A stretch of DNA of 64,000 bases from Coriobacteriaceae bacterium (GCA_021203765.1 JAJQAN010000026.1:2010-66009); one strand, 5' to 3'. Positions 51,987-63,408 are shown, numbered from the stretch's first letter. The notes: generated by a model not told the origin, from the letters alone. Numbers and translations: made by a program.

Positions 51987-53678
51987 CTAGCGCTCGTCGT
52001 CTTCGTCTTCGGAGGAGGTTTCGCCTTCTTCTTTGACCTCTTCGACGGCGGCGGCCTCTTCCACGGCCTCCTCGGCGGCGGCGCTTTCCTCCAAGCCTTC
52101 TTCGGCGGTCTCGGCCTTCTCGACCGCACGCCCGGCCTTTTCAGCCTTCTTCTCGGATGGCGCCTCCTCGAGCTTTTCGACCTTGACTTCGGCCTCCTCG
52201 AGGGCCTTCTCGGTGTCTTCGGCCTCCTCGAGGACCACGCCTTCGCCTTCGGTCGCGACGTCTTCGAGGACTTCGGCGTCGGTGCGCTTCTTGTCCTTGA
52301 CGAAGATGATGCCCATGACGAGCATCGCGGCAGAGATGATCGCCATGACGAGGAAGGCGACGTTGAAGCCGAACATGTCGGCGTTATCCCCTTGGGTGGT
52401 CGTCGAACCTTCCGCCACCATGGCGGCGATGCCGACCAGAAGCGCGGCACCGATCGCGCCGGCGATGGTCCGCAGCGAGGAGATGAGCGCGGTGGCGTCT
52501 GCGACCTCCTTCTCCTTCACGAACGATACGCCCCACGTGGTGAGCGGCATGAGGATGAAGGCGATGGCGATGGCGGCCAGGGCGTAGAAGATGGACGAGA
52601 TCCAGGGACTCCAGTCCTTGGCGACGAAGAACAGCGCCAGGTAGGCGATGACCTGCAGGATGGCGGAGGGGATGTAGAGCTTACGCATGCCGAAGCGGTC
52701 GTAGAGCCCGCCGGCGAACGGATTGATGACGGCGTTGAGCAGGCCGCCCGGCAAAAGGATCAGGCCGGAGATGATGGCCGACAGGCCCAAGATCTCCTGG
52801 ATGTACTGGGGCATGAGCACGCCGCCGCCCATCAGGCCGAAGTAAAGGACCATGATGGAGATGGTGGCGACGGTGAATTCCTTGTGCTGGAAGATGCGGA
52901 TGTTGAGGAACGGCACCTGGAGGCGGAGCTGCTGGATGACGAAGATGACCGCCGCGATGACGCCGATGGCCAGCGGAAGCCAGGTGGCCCAGCTTTCGAT
53001 ACCGTAGTTGGCGATGTTGCCGATGCCGAGCGTGATGCCGCCGAAGGCGAAGATGCTGACGACGAACGAGGGGAACTCGAAGTGCTCGTTTTCGGTGTCT
53101 AAGACGTTCTTGAGCACGATCCAGGCGATGATGAAGGCGACGATCATGACGATGAGGACGAGTACGAAGATGGAACGCCAGCCGAGGAGGTCGACCATGA
53201 AACCGCTCAGGGTGGGGGCGACCACTGGGGCGGCGCCGAGCGCAAGGCCGTACCAACCCATGGCCTGGCCGCGACGCTCGGGAGGATAGATGGTGAGGAT
53301 GATGACCTGCGCCATGGAGATGATGATGCCGTTGCCGCAGGCCTGGAGGACACGACCGACGAGCAGGAACGCGAAATTGGGCGCTACCACGTCGATGGCG
53401 AGACCGATGATGACGAGGATGCCGCCGAGCAAAAAGAGACGTCTGGTGGAAAAACGCCTGATCAAAAAGGCGGTAAGCGGCATGACGATGCCCATGGCCA
53501 GGGAGTAACCGCTGACGGTCCACTGGCTTAAGGTCGACGAGATGCCGAAGTCGTCCTGCATGGCGGGAAGCGCCGTGTTGAGCGCCGTCGAAAGCAGACT
53601 CGAGGCGACACAGGCGAAGATGATGGCGAGGAAGATGAGCGATCGGGATCGGGGGGTTACGGGCACGCCTTTAGGCAT
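51987..53678 (-). CDS. MFS transporter, DHA2/EmrB-like (about 14 TM), with acidic C-terminal tail
   Basis: ALPAMQDDFGIS, WTVSGYSLAMGIVMPLTAFL.RRF, and many TM segments. The last 115 aa or so are rich in E, A and K. AAAGGA RBS is present. Confidence 0.8.
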   Translation of the reverse strand: MPKGVPVTPRSRSLIFLAIIFACVASSLLSTALNTALPAMQDDFGISSTLSQWTVSGYSLAMGIVMPLTAFLIRRFSTRRLFLLGGILVIIGLAIDVVAPNFAFLLVGRVLQACGNGIIISMAQVIILTIYPPERRGQAMGWYGLALGAAPVVAPTLSGFMVDLLGWRSIFVLVLIVMIVAFIIAWIVLKNVLDTENEHFEFPSFVVSIFAFGGITLGIGNIANYGIESWATWLPLAIGVIAAVIFVIQQLRLQVPFLNIRIFQHKEFTVATISIMVLYFGLMGGGVLMPQYIQEILGLSAIISGLILLPGGLLNAVINPFAGGLYDRFGMRKLYIPSAILQVIAYLALFFVAKDWSPWISSIFYALAAIAIAFILMPLTTWGVSFVKEKEVADATALISSLRTIAGAIGAALLVGIAAMVAEGSTTTQGDNADMFGFNVAFLVMAIISAAMLVMGIIFVKDKKRTDAEVLEDVATEGEGVVLEEAEDTEKALEEAEVKVEKLEEAPSEKKAEKAGRAVEKAETAEEGLEESAAAEEAVEEAAAVEEVKEEGETSSEDEDDER

Positions 53679-53718
53679 GATCTATCGTCCTTTCATCGGT
53701 TTGAACGCAACCCGATGT

Positions 53719-53746
53719 ACTGTACTACTTTCAGCATGCGTTTCAA
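53719..53746 (-). promoter_or_regulatory. Putative promoter TTGAAA-16 nt-TACAGT for the MFS gene
   Basis: On the minus strand the -35 is TTGAAA (53746-53741) and the -10 is TACAGT (53724-53719). The inverted repeat CATCGG-N12-CCGATG lies just downstream. Confidence 0.4.
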
Positions 53747-53787
53747 CAGGGAATCTAGGCGGCGAATATGATGTTGTCAGGAAAAGG

Positions 53788-54180
53788 TCAGTCTGAGATC
53801 TCGACCTCGGAGACCATCTCGGTCTTGATGGCGCCGACGAGCCTTTGAAGCGCGTCGATGACGTGGGGACGGATGTCGCCGCCGATGAGCACGTACATGA
53901 TGTCGTCGCCGACCTCGAGGTGCCCTTCGTTGAGCCACACCTTCACATACTCGATACCCTCCCACGAAAGCGCCTCGGCGGCGGCGGCCTCGACGGCCGC
54001 ATGGTCGTAGGAAAAGTCCATGGCGGTGACCGTGCTGCCGTCGTCGATGCCTTCGCGCACCTGCTTTTTCGGCAGCTCGCGGACCGTGCCGTTGTGTGTC
54101 AGATACATGCCGCAGCGCGCGGCGGACTCGTCGGCCTTCGCCTCGCGCAGCCATTCGTCAACAGATGGGCTCTCTTTCAT
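53788..54180 (-). CDS. Small MoaE-like-fold protein (uncertain)
   Basis: CGMYLTHNGTVRE loosely resembles the MoaE G..x.F.G.VR block. Start set to ATG 54180, with GGGAGG 10 nt upstream. Weak assignment. Confidence 0.35.
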   Translation of the reverse strand: MKESPSVDEWLREAKADESAARCGMYLTHNGTVRELPKKQVREGIDDGSTVTAMDFSYDHAAVEAAAAEALSWEGIEYVKVWLNEGHLEVGDDIMYVLIGGDIRPHVIDALQRLVGAIKTEMVSEVEISD

Positions 54181-54260
54181 CGCTTGCAAGCCTCCCGGAT
54201 CGTATGACCAGTCTCTGCGTCATTTTAGCGCAGTCAGCAGGTAGAAAAGGAAACCGCCCG

Positions 54261-54295
54261 AAAAAGAAAAATGCCCCTCGAAAGAGGGGCATTTT
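54261..54295 (-). terminator. Rho-independent terminator after the AGCS symporter gene
   Basis: Minus strand reads AAAATGCCCCTC-TTTC-GAGGGGCATTTT followed by TCTTTTT. The stem is perfect, and the hairpin is symmetric enough to act bidirectionally. Confidence 0.85.
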
Positions 54296-54347
54296 CCAGT
54301 TGAAAGGAGGTGATCGCCCTTATAGTGCGACAAGAGCTGACGAAAGT

Positions 54348-55778
54348 CTACTTGTTCGCCAGAACGGGCAGCTCCTCTTTGACTTCTTCGTCGAGGTTGT
54401 GGTCGTAGACGAAATGCTTGGTCTCGCGCGCGATGACGTTGGAGAGCACCAGCACGGCGATGCAGTTCGGCACGGCCATAAGCGCGTTAGTGATATCTGA
54501 TATGTCCCAGACCACCGAGGCTTGGCTGATACAGCCCCAAAAGACGAAGATCAAGAAGACGACGTAGTACGGGATGATCGCGTGCTTGCCGAACAGATAG
54601 GTGATAGCTCGGTTGCCGTAATACGACCAACCGAGCATCGTAGAGTAGGCGAAACATATCATGCCCACCCCTAAAACGATCGGTCCGACTATCGGTATGG
54701 AGTTGAACGCGGTGGTGGACAGGTCCGCACCGGCTGCGATGTTTCCTGCCTCGATCTCCGCGGCGATTTCGGGATGGGCGAGCATCGTGCTGACCAGCAT
54801 GATGCCGGTGAGCGCGCAGACGACGACCGTGTCCCAGAAGGTGCCGGTCATGGAGACGAGCGCCTGACGGGCCGGGTTGCGGGAGACGGCACTGGAGGCG
54901 ACGAGCGGTGCGGAGCCCATGCCTGATTCGTTGGAGAACAAGCCGCGCTTGAAGCCGTACTGCAAGGCGAGCATGATGCCGCTGCCGACGACACCGCCGA
55001 AGGCGGCATGCCCGGTAAACGCGCAGACACAGATCTCGGAGATGGCCGGTCCGACGTACTGCCAGTTCATGCAGATGATGACGATGCAGCCCACGGAGTA
55101 CAGGATCGCCATGCTCGGGACGAGCTTCTCGCAGACGTTGGCGATGGACCTGATGCCGCCGAGGATGACGATGGCGACGAGGACAACGAGGATGATGCCC
55201 ATGAGCCAGCCGGGTATCTGGTTCACGTAGCTTACGACGACGCCCGTCACGGAGTTGGACTGCACCGAGGCGCCGATGCCGAAGGAGGCGACGGCGGCGA
55301 AGATCGCAAACAGGATGGCGAGCGTCTTGCCGATACCCTTGTGCTTGAAGCCGCGCTCCAGGGCATACATCGCGCCGCCGAGCATGTTGCCCCGATGGTC
55401 TTTCACGCGGTACTTCATGGAGATGTAGCATTCGGAATACTTGGTGGCGATGCCGAAGACACCGGTGATCCACATCCAGAAGATGGCGCCCGGTCCGCCG
55501 AAGAGCAGGCCGGTCGCGACACCGACGATGTTGCCGGTGCCGATGGTGGCTGCGAGCGCCGACGTCAAAGCACCGAACTGGCTGACATCACCTTCGGCCT
55601 TCGGGTCGTTGCCCGTAACCGAAAGCTTGATGCCGGTGACGATCTTACGCTGGATGAACCTCGTCCGTATCGTCATGAAGATATGGGTGCCGACCAGCAA
55701 GACGATCATCACCCAGCCCCAGACGAAGTCGTCGACGGCGGCGACCCCCGCACTGAAGGCGTCTATAAATGCGTCCAT
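54348..55778 (-). CDS. Alanine/glycine:cation symporter (AGCS family)
   Basis: SQFGALTSALAATIGTGNIVGVATGLLFGGPGAIFWMW and NESGMGSAP are AGCS hallmarks. Confidence 0.88.
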   Translation of the reverse strand: MDAFIDAFSAGVAAVDDFVWGWVMIVLLVGTHIFMTIRTRFIQRKIVTGIKLSVTGNDPKAEGDVSQFGALTSALAATIGTGNIVGVATGLLFGGPGAIFWMWITGVFGIATKYSECYISMKYRVKDHRGNMLGGAMYALERGFKHKGIGKTLAILFAIFAAVASFGIGASVQSNSVTGVVVSYVNQIPGWLMGIILVVLVAIVILGGIRSIANVCEKLVPSMAILYSVGCIVIICMNWQYVGPAISEICVCAFTGHAAFGGVVGSGIMLALQYGFKRGLFSNESGMGSAPLVASSAVSRNPARQALVSMTGTFWDTVVVCALTGIMLVSTMLAHPEIAAEIEAGNIAAGADLSTTAFNSIPIVGPIVLGVGMICFAYSTMLGWSYYGNRAITYLFGKHAIIPYYVVFLIFVFWGCISQASVVWDISDITNALMAVPNCIAVLVLSNVIARETKHFVYDHNLDEEVKEELPVLANK

Positions 55779-55977
55779 GTTTGAAACTCAATCCTCCTCG
55801 CGTCGTACCAAAAGACAGATTCCGCCCCACCCCTCGTTACAAGCACTTTAGTGTAGCAGAGCGAGACAGGCTTGAAAGTATTGTAGATGATTTATATTTC
55901 CGAAAGGCTAAATCATGAGTGGAATGATCGCGGAGATGCCAAACGTTCCATATGAGGCGCCGGCCGGCACGCACCGG

Positions 55978-56772
55978 CTAGATCGCCAGCGTCAACGAGA
56001 TCGGGCAGTGGTCGGAGCCGAAGACCTCGTCGTGGATGCGCGCCTCGACGACGCGGTCACGCAGGTCCTCGCTGACGATGAAGTAGTCGATGCGCCATCC
56101 GACGTTGCGTTCGCGCGCCTTCTGCCGGTAGCTCCACCACGAATAGCAGCCCTCCCGGTCGGGATACTTCACGCGGAAGCTGTCGAGGAAGCCCGCCTCG
56201 AGCAGCTCGTCCATCTTGCCGCGCTCCTCGTCGGAAAAGCCGGCGTTGCCGACGTTTGCCGCCGGGCGGGCCAAATCGATCGGCTCGTGGGCGACGTTCA
56301 AATCGCCGCACATGACGACGGATTTATCCGCCGCCAGCTCGCTTAAAAACGCGCGCAGGCAGTCTTCGAAGGCACAGCGGTAGTCGATGCGTTTGAGCTC
56401 GTCCTGGGAATTGGGGGTGTAGACGCAGACGAACCAGAAATCCTCGAACTCGAGGGCGGTCACCCGCCCTTCGACGTCGAAGCGTTCATCCGACATGCCG
56501 TGGACAACCTGGAGCGGCTCGCGTTTGGAAAAGACCGCGGTGCCGGAGTAGCCCTTGCGCTCCGCGTAGCTCCAATAGTCGTGGTGGGTGGAAAGTTCGA
56601 GCGGGTTTTGGCCCTCCTGGAGCTTGGTTTCCTGCACGGCGAAGATATCCGCGTCGAAATCGCGGAAGATGTCTTCGAAACCCTTCTTCGCGACCGCACG
56701 CAGGCCGTTGACGTTCCAGCTGACGAAGGTCTGCGTCTCCTGCGCTTCCTTCTTTGCACGCTTCGCGCTCAT
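55978..56772 (-). CDS. xth: Exodeoxyribonuclease III
   Basis: SWNVNGLRA, IFAVQETK, GDLNVAHEPIDL, SDHCPISL. Confidence 0.9.
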   Translation of the reverse strand: MSAKRAKKEAQETQTFVSWNVNGLRAVAKKGFEDIFRDFDADIFAVQETKLQEGQNPLELSTHHDYWSYAERKGYSGTAVFSKREPLQVVHGMSDERFDVEGRVTALEFEDFWFVCVYTPNSQDELKRIDYRCAFEDCLRAFLSELAADKSVVMCGDLNVAHEPIDLARPAANVGNAGFSDEERGKMDELLEAGFLDSFRVKYPDREGCYSWWSYRQKARERNVGWRIDYFIVSEDLRDRVVEARIHDEVFGSDHCPISLTLAI

Positions 56773-56819
56773 CGCTTCCCGTGACCTCTCTTTTCCGAAC
56801 CGTTTCCTACATCCTACCT

Positions 56820-56845
56820 AAAAAGAAAGCCGCACCCGATGCGGC
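56820..56845 (-). terminator. Rho-independent terminator after the rubredoxin-like mini-gene
   Basis: Minus strand reads GCCGCA-tcggg-TGCGGC followed by TTTCTTTTT, 36 nt after the stop at 56881. Confidence 0.75.
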
Positions 56846-56880
56846 TGCGGCTTTCCCATGCTAGACCTATGTTCTGTCCG

Positions 56881-56994
56881 CTACTCTTCGACCAGTTCGA
56901 AGCTAGTGGCAGGTGCCCCGCAAAGCGGGCAGACCGTGGGCGGCTCATCGGCCTCGACCGTATAGCCGCACAGCTTACAACGCCATTTCTTCAC
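56881..56994 (-). CDS. 37-aa rubredoxin-like CxxC...CxxC mini-protein (below the ORF-track size cut-off)
   Basis: My translation: GTG start preceded by GGAGG with a 5-nt spacer, giving VKKWRCKLCGYTVEADEPPTVCPLCGAPATSFELVEE*. Near-collinear with the C-terminal rubredoxin module of the adjacent rubrerythrin ([34 protein letters not shown]). Followed by an intrinsic terminator. Confidence 0.7.
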   Translation of the reverse strand: MKKWRCKLCGYTVEADEPPTVCPLCGAPATSFELVEE

Positions 56995-57042
56995 AGCAGC
57001 CTCCCTTCTTCAGACTCGTCGATAGGCGAAAGGCTCGGGCTC

Positions 57043-57582
57043 CTAGTAGTTCTGAGCCTCGAGTTCGAAGTAGGACTTGGGATGTCCGCAGGCCGGGCAG
57101 ACTTCCGGTGCCTCCGGTCCGATGACGACATGTCCGCAATTCCTGCAGATCCAGATGGCGTCGCCGTCGCGGCTGAAGGTGATCTTGTCGTTGATGTTCT
57201 TGAGCAGCTTGCGGTAGCGCTCCTCGTGGTGATGCTCGATGGCACCGACCATCTCGAAGCGGGCCGCGATCTCCTCGAAGCCCTCTTCGCGGGCGTCCTT
57301 GGCCATGCGGTCGTACATGTCGGTAAACTCGTAGTTTTCGCCGGAGGCCGCATCTTCGAGGTTGGCCGTGGTCGTGGGGATGTCCTCGTCGTGCAGATAC
57401 TTGAACCACATCTTGGCATGAGCCCTCTCGTTGCGGGAGGTCTCGTCGAAGAGGGCGGCGATCTGCTCGTATCCCTCGCTCTTTGCCTTGGAAGCATAGA
57501 ACTCGTACTTGGTGTGCGTCTGTGATTCGCCAGCGAAGGCTTCCTGGAGGTTCTTTTCGGTCTTCGTGCCCTTGAGATCCAT
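57043..57582 (-). CDS. rbr: Rubrerythrin
   Basis: [21 protein letters not shown]...ERAHAKMW...[10 protein letters not shown], plus C-terminal CRNCG...CPACG. ATG 57582 has an AAGGAG RBS. The track ORF is over-extended. Confidence 0.9.
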   Translation of the reverse strand: MDLKGTKTEKNLQEAFAGESQTHTKYEFYASKAKSEGYEQIAALFDETSRNERAHAKMWFKYLHDEDIPTTTANLEDAASGENYEFTDMYDRMAKDAREEGFEEIAARFEMVGAIEHHHEERYRKLLKNINDKITFSRDGDAIWICRNCGHVVIGPEAPEVCPACGHPKSYFELEAQNY

Positions 57583-57629
57583 GATGTACTCCTTGTCTGT
57601 CGTCGTTCCCGTCAGTTCTCTTGCGCGGC

Positions 57630-57657
57630 ACAGTATAAATGATTTATTCCACGTCAA
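57630..57657 (-). promoter_or_regulatory. Putative rubrerythrin promoter (TTGACG-16 nt-TACTGT) overlapped by a Fur/PerR-family-like palindrome
   Basis: A perfect 6-1-6 palindrome, ATAAAT-C-ATTTAT (57635-57647), sits in the spacer/-10 region. Fur-family boxes are AT-rich 7-1-7 inverted repeats, and rubrerythrin genes are classical PerR targets. Confidence 0.4.
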
Positions 57658-57767
57658 GGCCGACAATTTGTGTATTGGCGCCCCTCCACGAAAACACTAA
57701 ATGCATCACAGACGTATACATTTTTGAACAAATGCCCGCTCCGCGGACAAAAGATGATGGATTGCTT

Positions 57768-58877
57768 TTACGCGCGGCGAAGCGGGGTGCGCTTTTCGGA
57801 GACGCCCTCCCCCAGCTCCTCGCCGAGCTCCTCGAAGAGCTCGCGCGCCTTTTTGCCGAGCTTGTTCGGCACCGCGACCGTCACATGCACGAGGATGTCG
57901 CCACGGCTGTTCGACTTGCGGAAGCGTGGGAGACCGTAGCCTTTGACGCGGATCGTCTGGTCGTTTTGGCAGCCCGACGGAATCTTGACCGGCGCCTCCT
58001 CGTCTTCGAGGATGCCCGGGATGGTGATGTCGGCACCGAGTGCGGCCTGGGCGACGGAGATGGTGGCGCGGGTGTGCAGGTCGTCACCGTCGCGCTCGAA
58101 GTATTCGTGCGGCTCGACGCGGACGGTCGCGATCAGATCCCCGCTCGGTGCACCGTTCATGCCGGCCTCTCCATAGTCCTGTATGCGTACCTGCTGGCCG
58201 TCATGGATACCGCAGGGGATTTCGATGGTGATGTGCTCGCGGTCGGGAACGCGGCCTTGGCCGTCGCATTCGGGGCAGGGATCCTTGATGACGGTGCCGG
58301 AGCCGTTGCAGTCGGGGCAGGTGGTCGCCGTCTGCATGTCACCGAGAAACGTACGCTGCACACTCAGGATGCGACCGGATCCGTTGCAGCGCGAGCAGGT
58401 GGCTTTCGCACCTCCCTCTTTGCTGCCGGTGCCCCCACATTCTTCACAGGGTGCCAGACGGTCGTAGGCGATCTCCTTTTCTGCACCGGTCGCGACCTCT
58501 TCGAGCGTCAGACGCAGACCGATGCCCATGTCGCGCCCCTCGGTGCGCATGTGCCCGGCCCCGCCGGACATGCCGCCGCCGAAAAACGAGGAGAAGATGT
58601 CGCCCATGCTGCCGAATATGTCGCTCATGTCGACGCTTTGGTAGGCGCCGAATCCTTGGGCATCCTCGGCCGTGCCATAGCGGTCGTAGACTGCTTTTTT
58701 CTGGGGATCGGAGAGGACGTCGTAGGCTTCGTTGAGCTCCTTGAAGCGCTCTTCGGCATCGGGGGCCGTGTTTACATCAGGATGGAGTTCGCGCGCCTTG
58801 CGCCGGAACGCCTTTTTGATGTCCGCTTCGTCAGCATCGCGCGGAAGTCCCAGTGTGTCGTAGTATTCGTAAGCCAA
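57768..58877 (-). CDS. dnaJ: Chaperone DnaJ
   Basis: J domain ([32 protein letters not shown]), a G-rich linker, and four CxxCxGxG repeats. Start set to TTG 58877, with AGGAGA 7 nt upstream. The track starts at GTG 58898. Confidence 0.9.
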   Translation of the reverse strand: MAYEYYDTLGLPRDADEADIKKAFRRKARELHPDVNTAPDAEERFKELNEAYDVLSDPQKKAVYDRYGTAEDAQGFGAYQSVDMSDIFGSMGDIFSSFFGGGMSGGAGHMRTEGRDMGIGLRLTLEEVATGAEKEIAYDRLAPCEECGGTGSKEGGAKATCSRCNGSGRILSVQRTFLGDMQTATTCPDCNGSGTVIKDPCPECDGQGRVPDREHITIEIPCGIHDGQQVRIQDYGEAGMNGAPSGDLIATVRVEPHEYFERDGDDLHTRATISVAQAALGADITIPGILEDEEAPVKIPSGCQNDQTIRVKGYGLPRFRKSNSRGDILVHVTVAVPNKLGKKARELFEELGEELGEGVSEKRTPLRRA

Positions 58878-59008
58878 ATTCCAGTCTCCTGCTGGCACAC
58901 ACGTCCCCTGTTGGGCGGTGTTAGACGTATCGACCGCATTCGGCTATTTTCGACTATGCCATTGCCGTTGGCGTAAAGCGTTTCCTTATCGTCACCAATC
59001 GTTTACGT

Positions 59009-60220
59009 TCAGTTTTTCGCTTGGACGGCGACGTCCCAGACCTCCCCGTACAGCTCGTTTCCGCAGAGCCAGCCCCGTGTGGTCGGCACCAGCCGGCCGT
59101 CCCGCTCCTCGATGAGGCCGCGGGCCTGTAAGCGCTCGCAGGCCTCCTGAAGCCCGGGCAGGATCTCTATGGCGTCGGCCAGATCGCTCATGGCAACGCC
59201 TTCGGTTTTGCGGAAGCCGAGCATGACATCCTCGCAGACCGCCTCCTGCAGGCTGAGTGTCTCGACCTCTCCGGCCATGCAGCCCTGTGCGGCGACGTAG
59301 GAGTCGATGTCGTCGCGAGCCTGGAAGCGGATGCGCGCGGCGTCGCTCGCGATGGGATCGGCGGCATCGAAGATACGGGCCTGCCGGCAGGCCGCGAAGG
59401 TCTCCGGATCCATCATGCTGGCCGCCCCGCAGCCTAATCCGAGGTAGGGCATCCCCGACCAGTAGGCCTCGTTGTGGCGGGACTCATGTCCGGGCAGGGC
59501 GTAGGAGGCGACCTCGTAGCGCGTCATGCCGGCCTGCCCGATGACTTCGGCGGCGCGCTCCATCATGTCGGCCTGCACGTCCTCGTCGGGTGCGGCAAGC
59601 GAGCCGGTCTCGATGCGCGCCGCAAGCGGGGTGCCGTCTTCGACGGTGAGCGGATAGATGCTGATGTGCTCCGGGGAAAGCTCAAGCGCGGCGGCAAGGG
59701 ATTCCTCCCAGCTTTCTTCGCTTTGAAAGGGCGTACCGCAGATGAGGTCGAGGGAAAGCGCCATATCGCGTGTGCGGACGGCTTCGGCGGCCCTGCGGAT
59801 CGCCGTGGCGTCATGGATGCGACCGAGCTGGGCCAGCTCCTCGTCGTTAAAGCTCTGCGCCCCGAGGCTGATCCGGTCGACACCGAGCGCATAGAGGTCT
59901 TTCACCATACGTTCGGTGAGCGAGTCCGGGTTGCATTCGAGCGTGAACTCGTCGACCTGCTCCAGATCGATCGAGACCGAGAGCAGGTAGATGAGGGTGG
60001 ACAGACGGCGCGGTCCCAGATAGCTCGGCGTCCCTCCCCCGATGTAGATCGTCTTGATACCGCCGAGGAGCCCGGCCTTGGAGGCACGCCGGATGCTCAG
60101 GCAGAGCGCATCGACGTACGCACCCATCAGTTCGTCGTCGTGGCATTCCTGCGTGACGAAGTCGCAGTAGGCGCACCTGCTCGCGCAAAAAGGAATATGC
60201 AGGTAGAGGGCCTCTAGCAT
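59009..60220 (-). CDS. hemW: Radical-SAM heme chaperone HemW (oxygen-independent coproporphyrinogen oxidase-like)
   Basis: LYLHIPFCASRCAYCDF, YIGGGTPS. lepA-proximal position is typical. Confidence 0.85.
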   Translation of the reverse strand: MLEALYLHIPFCASRCAYCDFVTQECHDDELMGAYVDALCLSIRRASKAGLLGGIKTIYIGGGTPSYLGPRRLSTLIYLLSVSIDLEQVDEFTLECNPDSLTERMVKDLYALGVDRISLGAQSFNDEELAQLGRIHDATAIRRAAEAVRTRDMALSLDLICGTPFQSEESWEESLAAALELSPEHISIYPLTVEDGTPLAARIETGSLAAPDEDVQADMMERAAEVIGQAGMTRYEVASYALPGHESRHNEAYWSGMPYLGLGCGAASMMDPETFAACRQARIFDAADPIASDAARIRFQARDDIDSYVAAQGCMAGEVETLSLQEAVCEDVMLGFRKTEGVAMSDLADAIEILPGLQEACERLQARGLIEERDGRLVPTTRGWLCGNELYGEVWDVAVQAKN

Positions 60221-61197
60221 GACACGGCCTCGGCTTGCTCACGTACGCGCTGCAAGACGGCACGGAAATCCTCGGCCGTGGACGAGTCGCCGAGCTCGCG
60301 CCGGATGCCGCTTGCACGCTGCATCCCGTGCATGTACCAGGCAAGCTGCGCTCGCAACGGCGAGAGATGCTCATCGGAACAGAACGCAAGGTAGAGGTCG
60401 AGGTGCTCCTCGGCCGCCTCGACGCGTTCGGCATCCGTCGGTGTTCGGTCCTCGAAGATCCAGGGATTGCCCCGCGCCCCGCGAGCCACCATGACGGCGT
60501 CACAGCCCGCCTGCTGCATCATCGATCGGGCATCCTCGTATGAATAGACATCCCCGCTTCCCAAGACGGGGACGTCGACGCGCTCTTTGACCTGCGCGAT
60601 GACATCCCGGTCGGCGCTGCCGGTATAAAGCTGCGTGGCCGCACGTCCGTGGACGGCGATGCCGCAAACGCCCGCCGCCTCGAGGGCCTCGGCAAACGAC
60701 GGGGCCGTCACCTCATCGGCCGACCAACCGCTGCGTATCTTGGCCGTGACGGGCACGGTGACCTCACGCACCATCGCCTCGATGACGGCACAGGCCTGTT
60801 CAGGCGTCTGCATGAGCGCGGCACCCTCCCCCTTCTTGGTGACCTTGGGGACCGGGCATCCCATATTCACATCGATAACTGCGAGACGCTCTCCCAGACG
60901 TTCCTGTACCGCGGCAGCCTGGCCTGCCATGATGTCGGGTTCTGATCCGAAGAGTTGGACGGCGAAGGTCTCCTCCTCGGGTGCGGGCTCGACAAGCTGC
61001 CAGGTCTTCTCCCCGCCGTAGAAGAGCCCTTTGGCCGAGACCATCTCGCTGTAGGTGAAACGTGCCCCGTGCCGGACGCAGACGGTGCGGAAAGCCCGGT
61101 CGGTGATGCCGGCCATCGGAGCGAGGACGAGCGCGAGCCCGTCGGGATTTCTGATGCTGTCGAGGAGTTCGGAGAAGGTGTGGGAGGAGGCGGCCAT
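60214..61197 (-). CDS. dus: tRNA-dihydrouridine synthase
   Basis: LAPMAGITDRAFR, DVNMGCPV, VTAKIRSGW, HGRAATQLY. Start set to ATG 61197. The upper half of the track ORF is an extension that runs into lepA. Confidence 0.85.
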   Translation of the reverse strand: MAASSHTFSELLDSIRNPDGLALVLAPMAGITDRAFRTVCVRHGARFTYSEMVSAKGLFYGGEKTWQLVEPAPEEETFAVQLFGSEPDIMAGQAAAVQERLGERLAVIDVNMGCPVPKVTKKGEGAALMQTPEQACAVIEAMVREVTVPVTAKIRSGWSADEVTAPSFAEALEAAGVCGIAVHGRAATQLYTGSADRDVIAQVKERVDVPVLGSGDVYSYEDARSMMQQAGCDAVMVARGARGNPWIFEDRTPTDAERVEAAEEHLDLYLAFCSDEHLSPLRAQLAWYMHGMQRASGIRRELGDSSTAEDFRAVLQRVREQAEAVSC

Positions 61198-61211
61198 GGC
61201 ACGCAGGGCCT

Positions 61212-63011
<1,800 letters not shown>

Positions 63012-63025
63012 GTTCGTCACCCTAC

Positions 63026-63054
63026 AAAAAAGGGCCGCCCGCAGCGGACGACCC
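63026..63054 (-). terminator. Rho-independent terminator after rpsT, abutting the lepA start
   Basis: Minus strand reads GGGTCGTCC-gctgc-GGGCGGCCC followed by TTTTTT. The stem is 9 bp with two G.U pairs that are valid only on this strand. Confidence 0.7.
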
Positions 63055-63078
63055 TCGCTGACGCATATACGAGAAGAT

Positions 63079-63345
63079 CTACCCCTGGATGGAGTTTGCG
63101 AGCTTCATGACGCCGCTTTTGCGGTTTGCCGCCTGGTTCTTGTGGATGATGCCTTTAGAAGCAGCCTTGTCCATGAGACGGCAGGCGGTCTGCGCGTCGC
63201 TCATCGCCTGCTCGGCGTTTCCGGCCTCGACGGACTCGCGGACGCGACGGACGGCCGTCTTGAGCTCGGACTTGCAGGCGCGGTTGCGCTGGCGGCGCTT
63301 CTCGTTGGTCTTGATGCGCTTCTTCTGACTCTTCGTGTTCGCCAT
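63079..63345 (-). CDS. rpsT: 30S ribosomal protein S20
   Basis: [21 protein letters not shown]...[10 protein letters not shown]. Start set to ATG 63345. Confidence 0.9.
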   Translation of the reverse strand: MANTKSQKKRIKTNEKRRQRNRACKSELKTAVRRVRESVEAGNAEQAMSDAQTACRLMDKAASKGIIHKNQAANRKSGVMKLANSIQG

Positions 63346-63408
63346 CTTCGGCTTTTCCTTTCGACGTTCCTTGTGTTCACCGCTCTGGGGTTGCGACAAA
63401 ACTTTCGC

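Noticed and set aside
55779-55977. Glycine riboswitch upstream of the AGCS alanine/glycine symporter
   Set aside because: I read the 200-nt leader on the minus strand and could not find the conserved glycine-aptamer core strings (GGAGAG...CACCG...GGGGCAA-type). Only an AT-rich promoter-like patch with TACAAT is present.
58878-59008. CIRCE (HrcA) or HAIR (HspR) heat-shock operator upstream of dnaJ
   Set aside because: There is no TTAGCACTC-N9-GAGTGCTAA or CTTGAGT-N7-ACTCAAG-like sequence. Only a weak CGTAAA...TTTACG inverted repeat follows the hemW stop.
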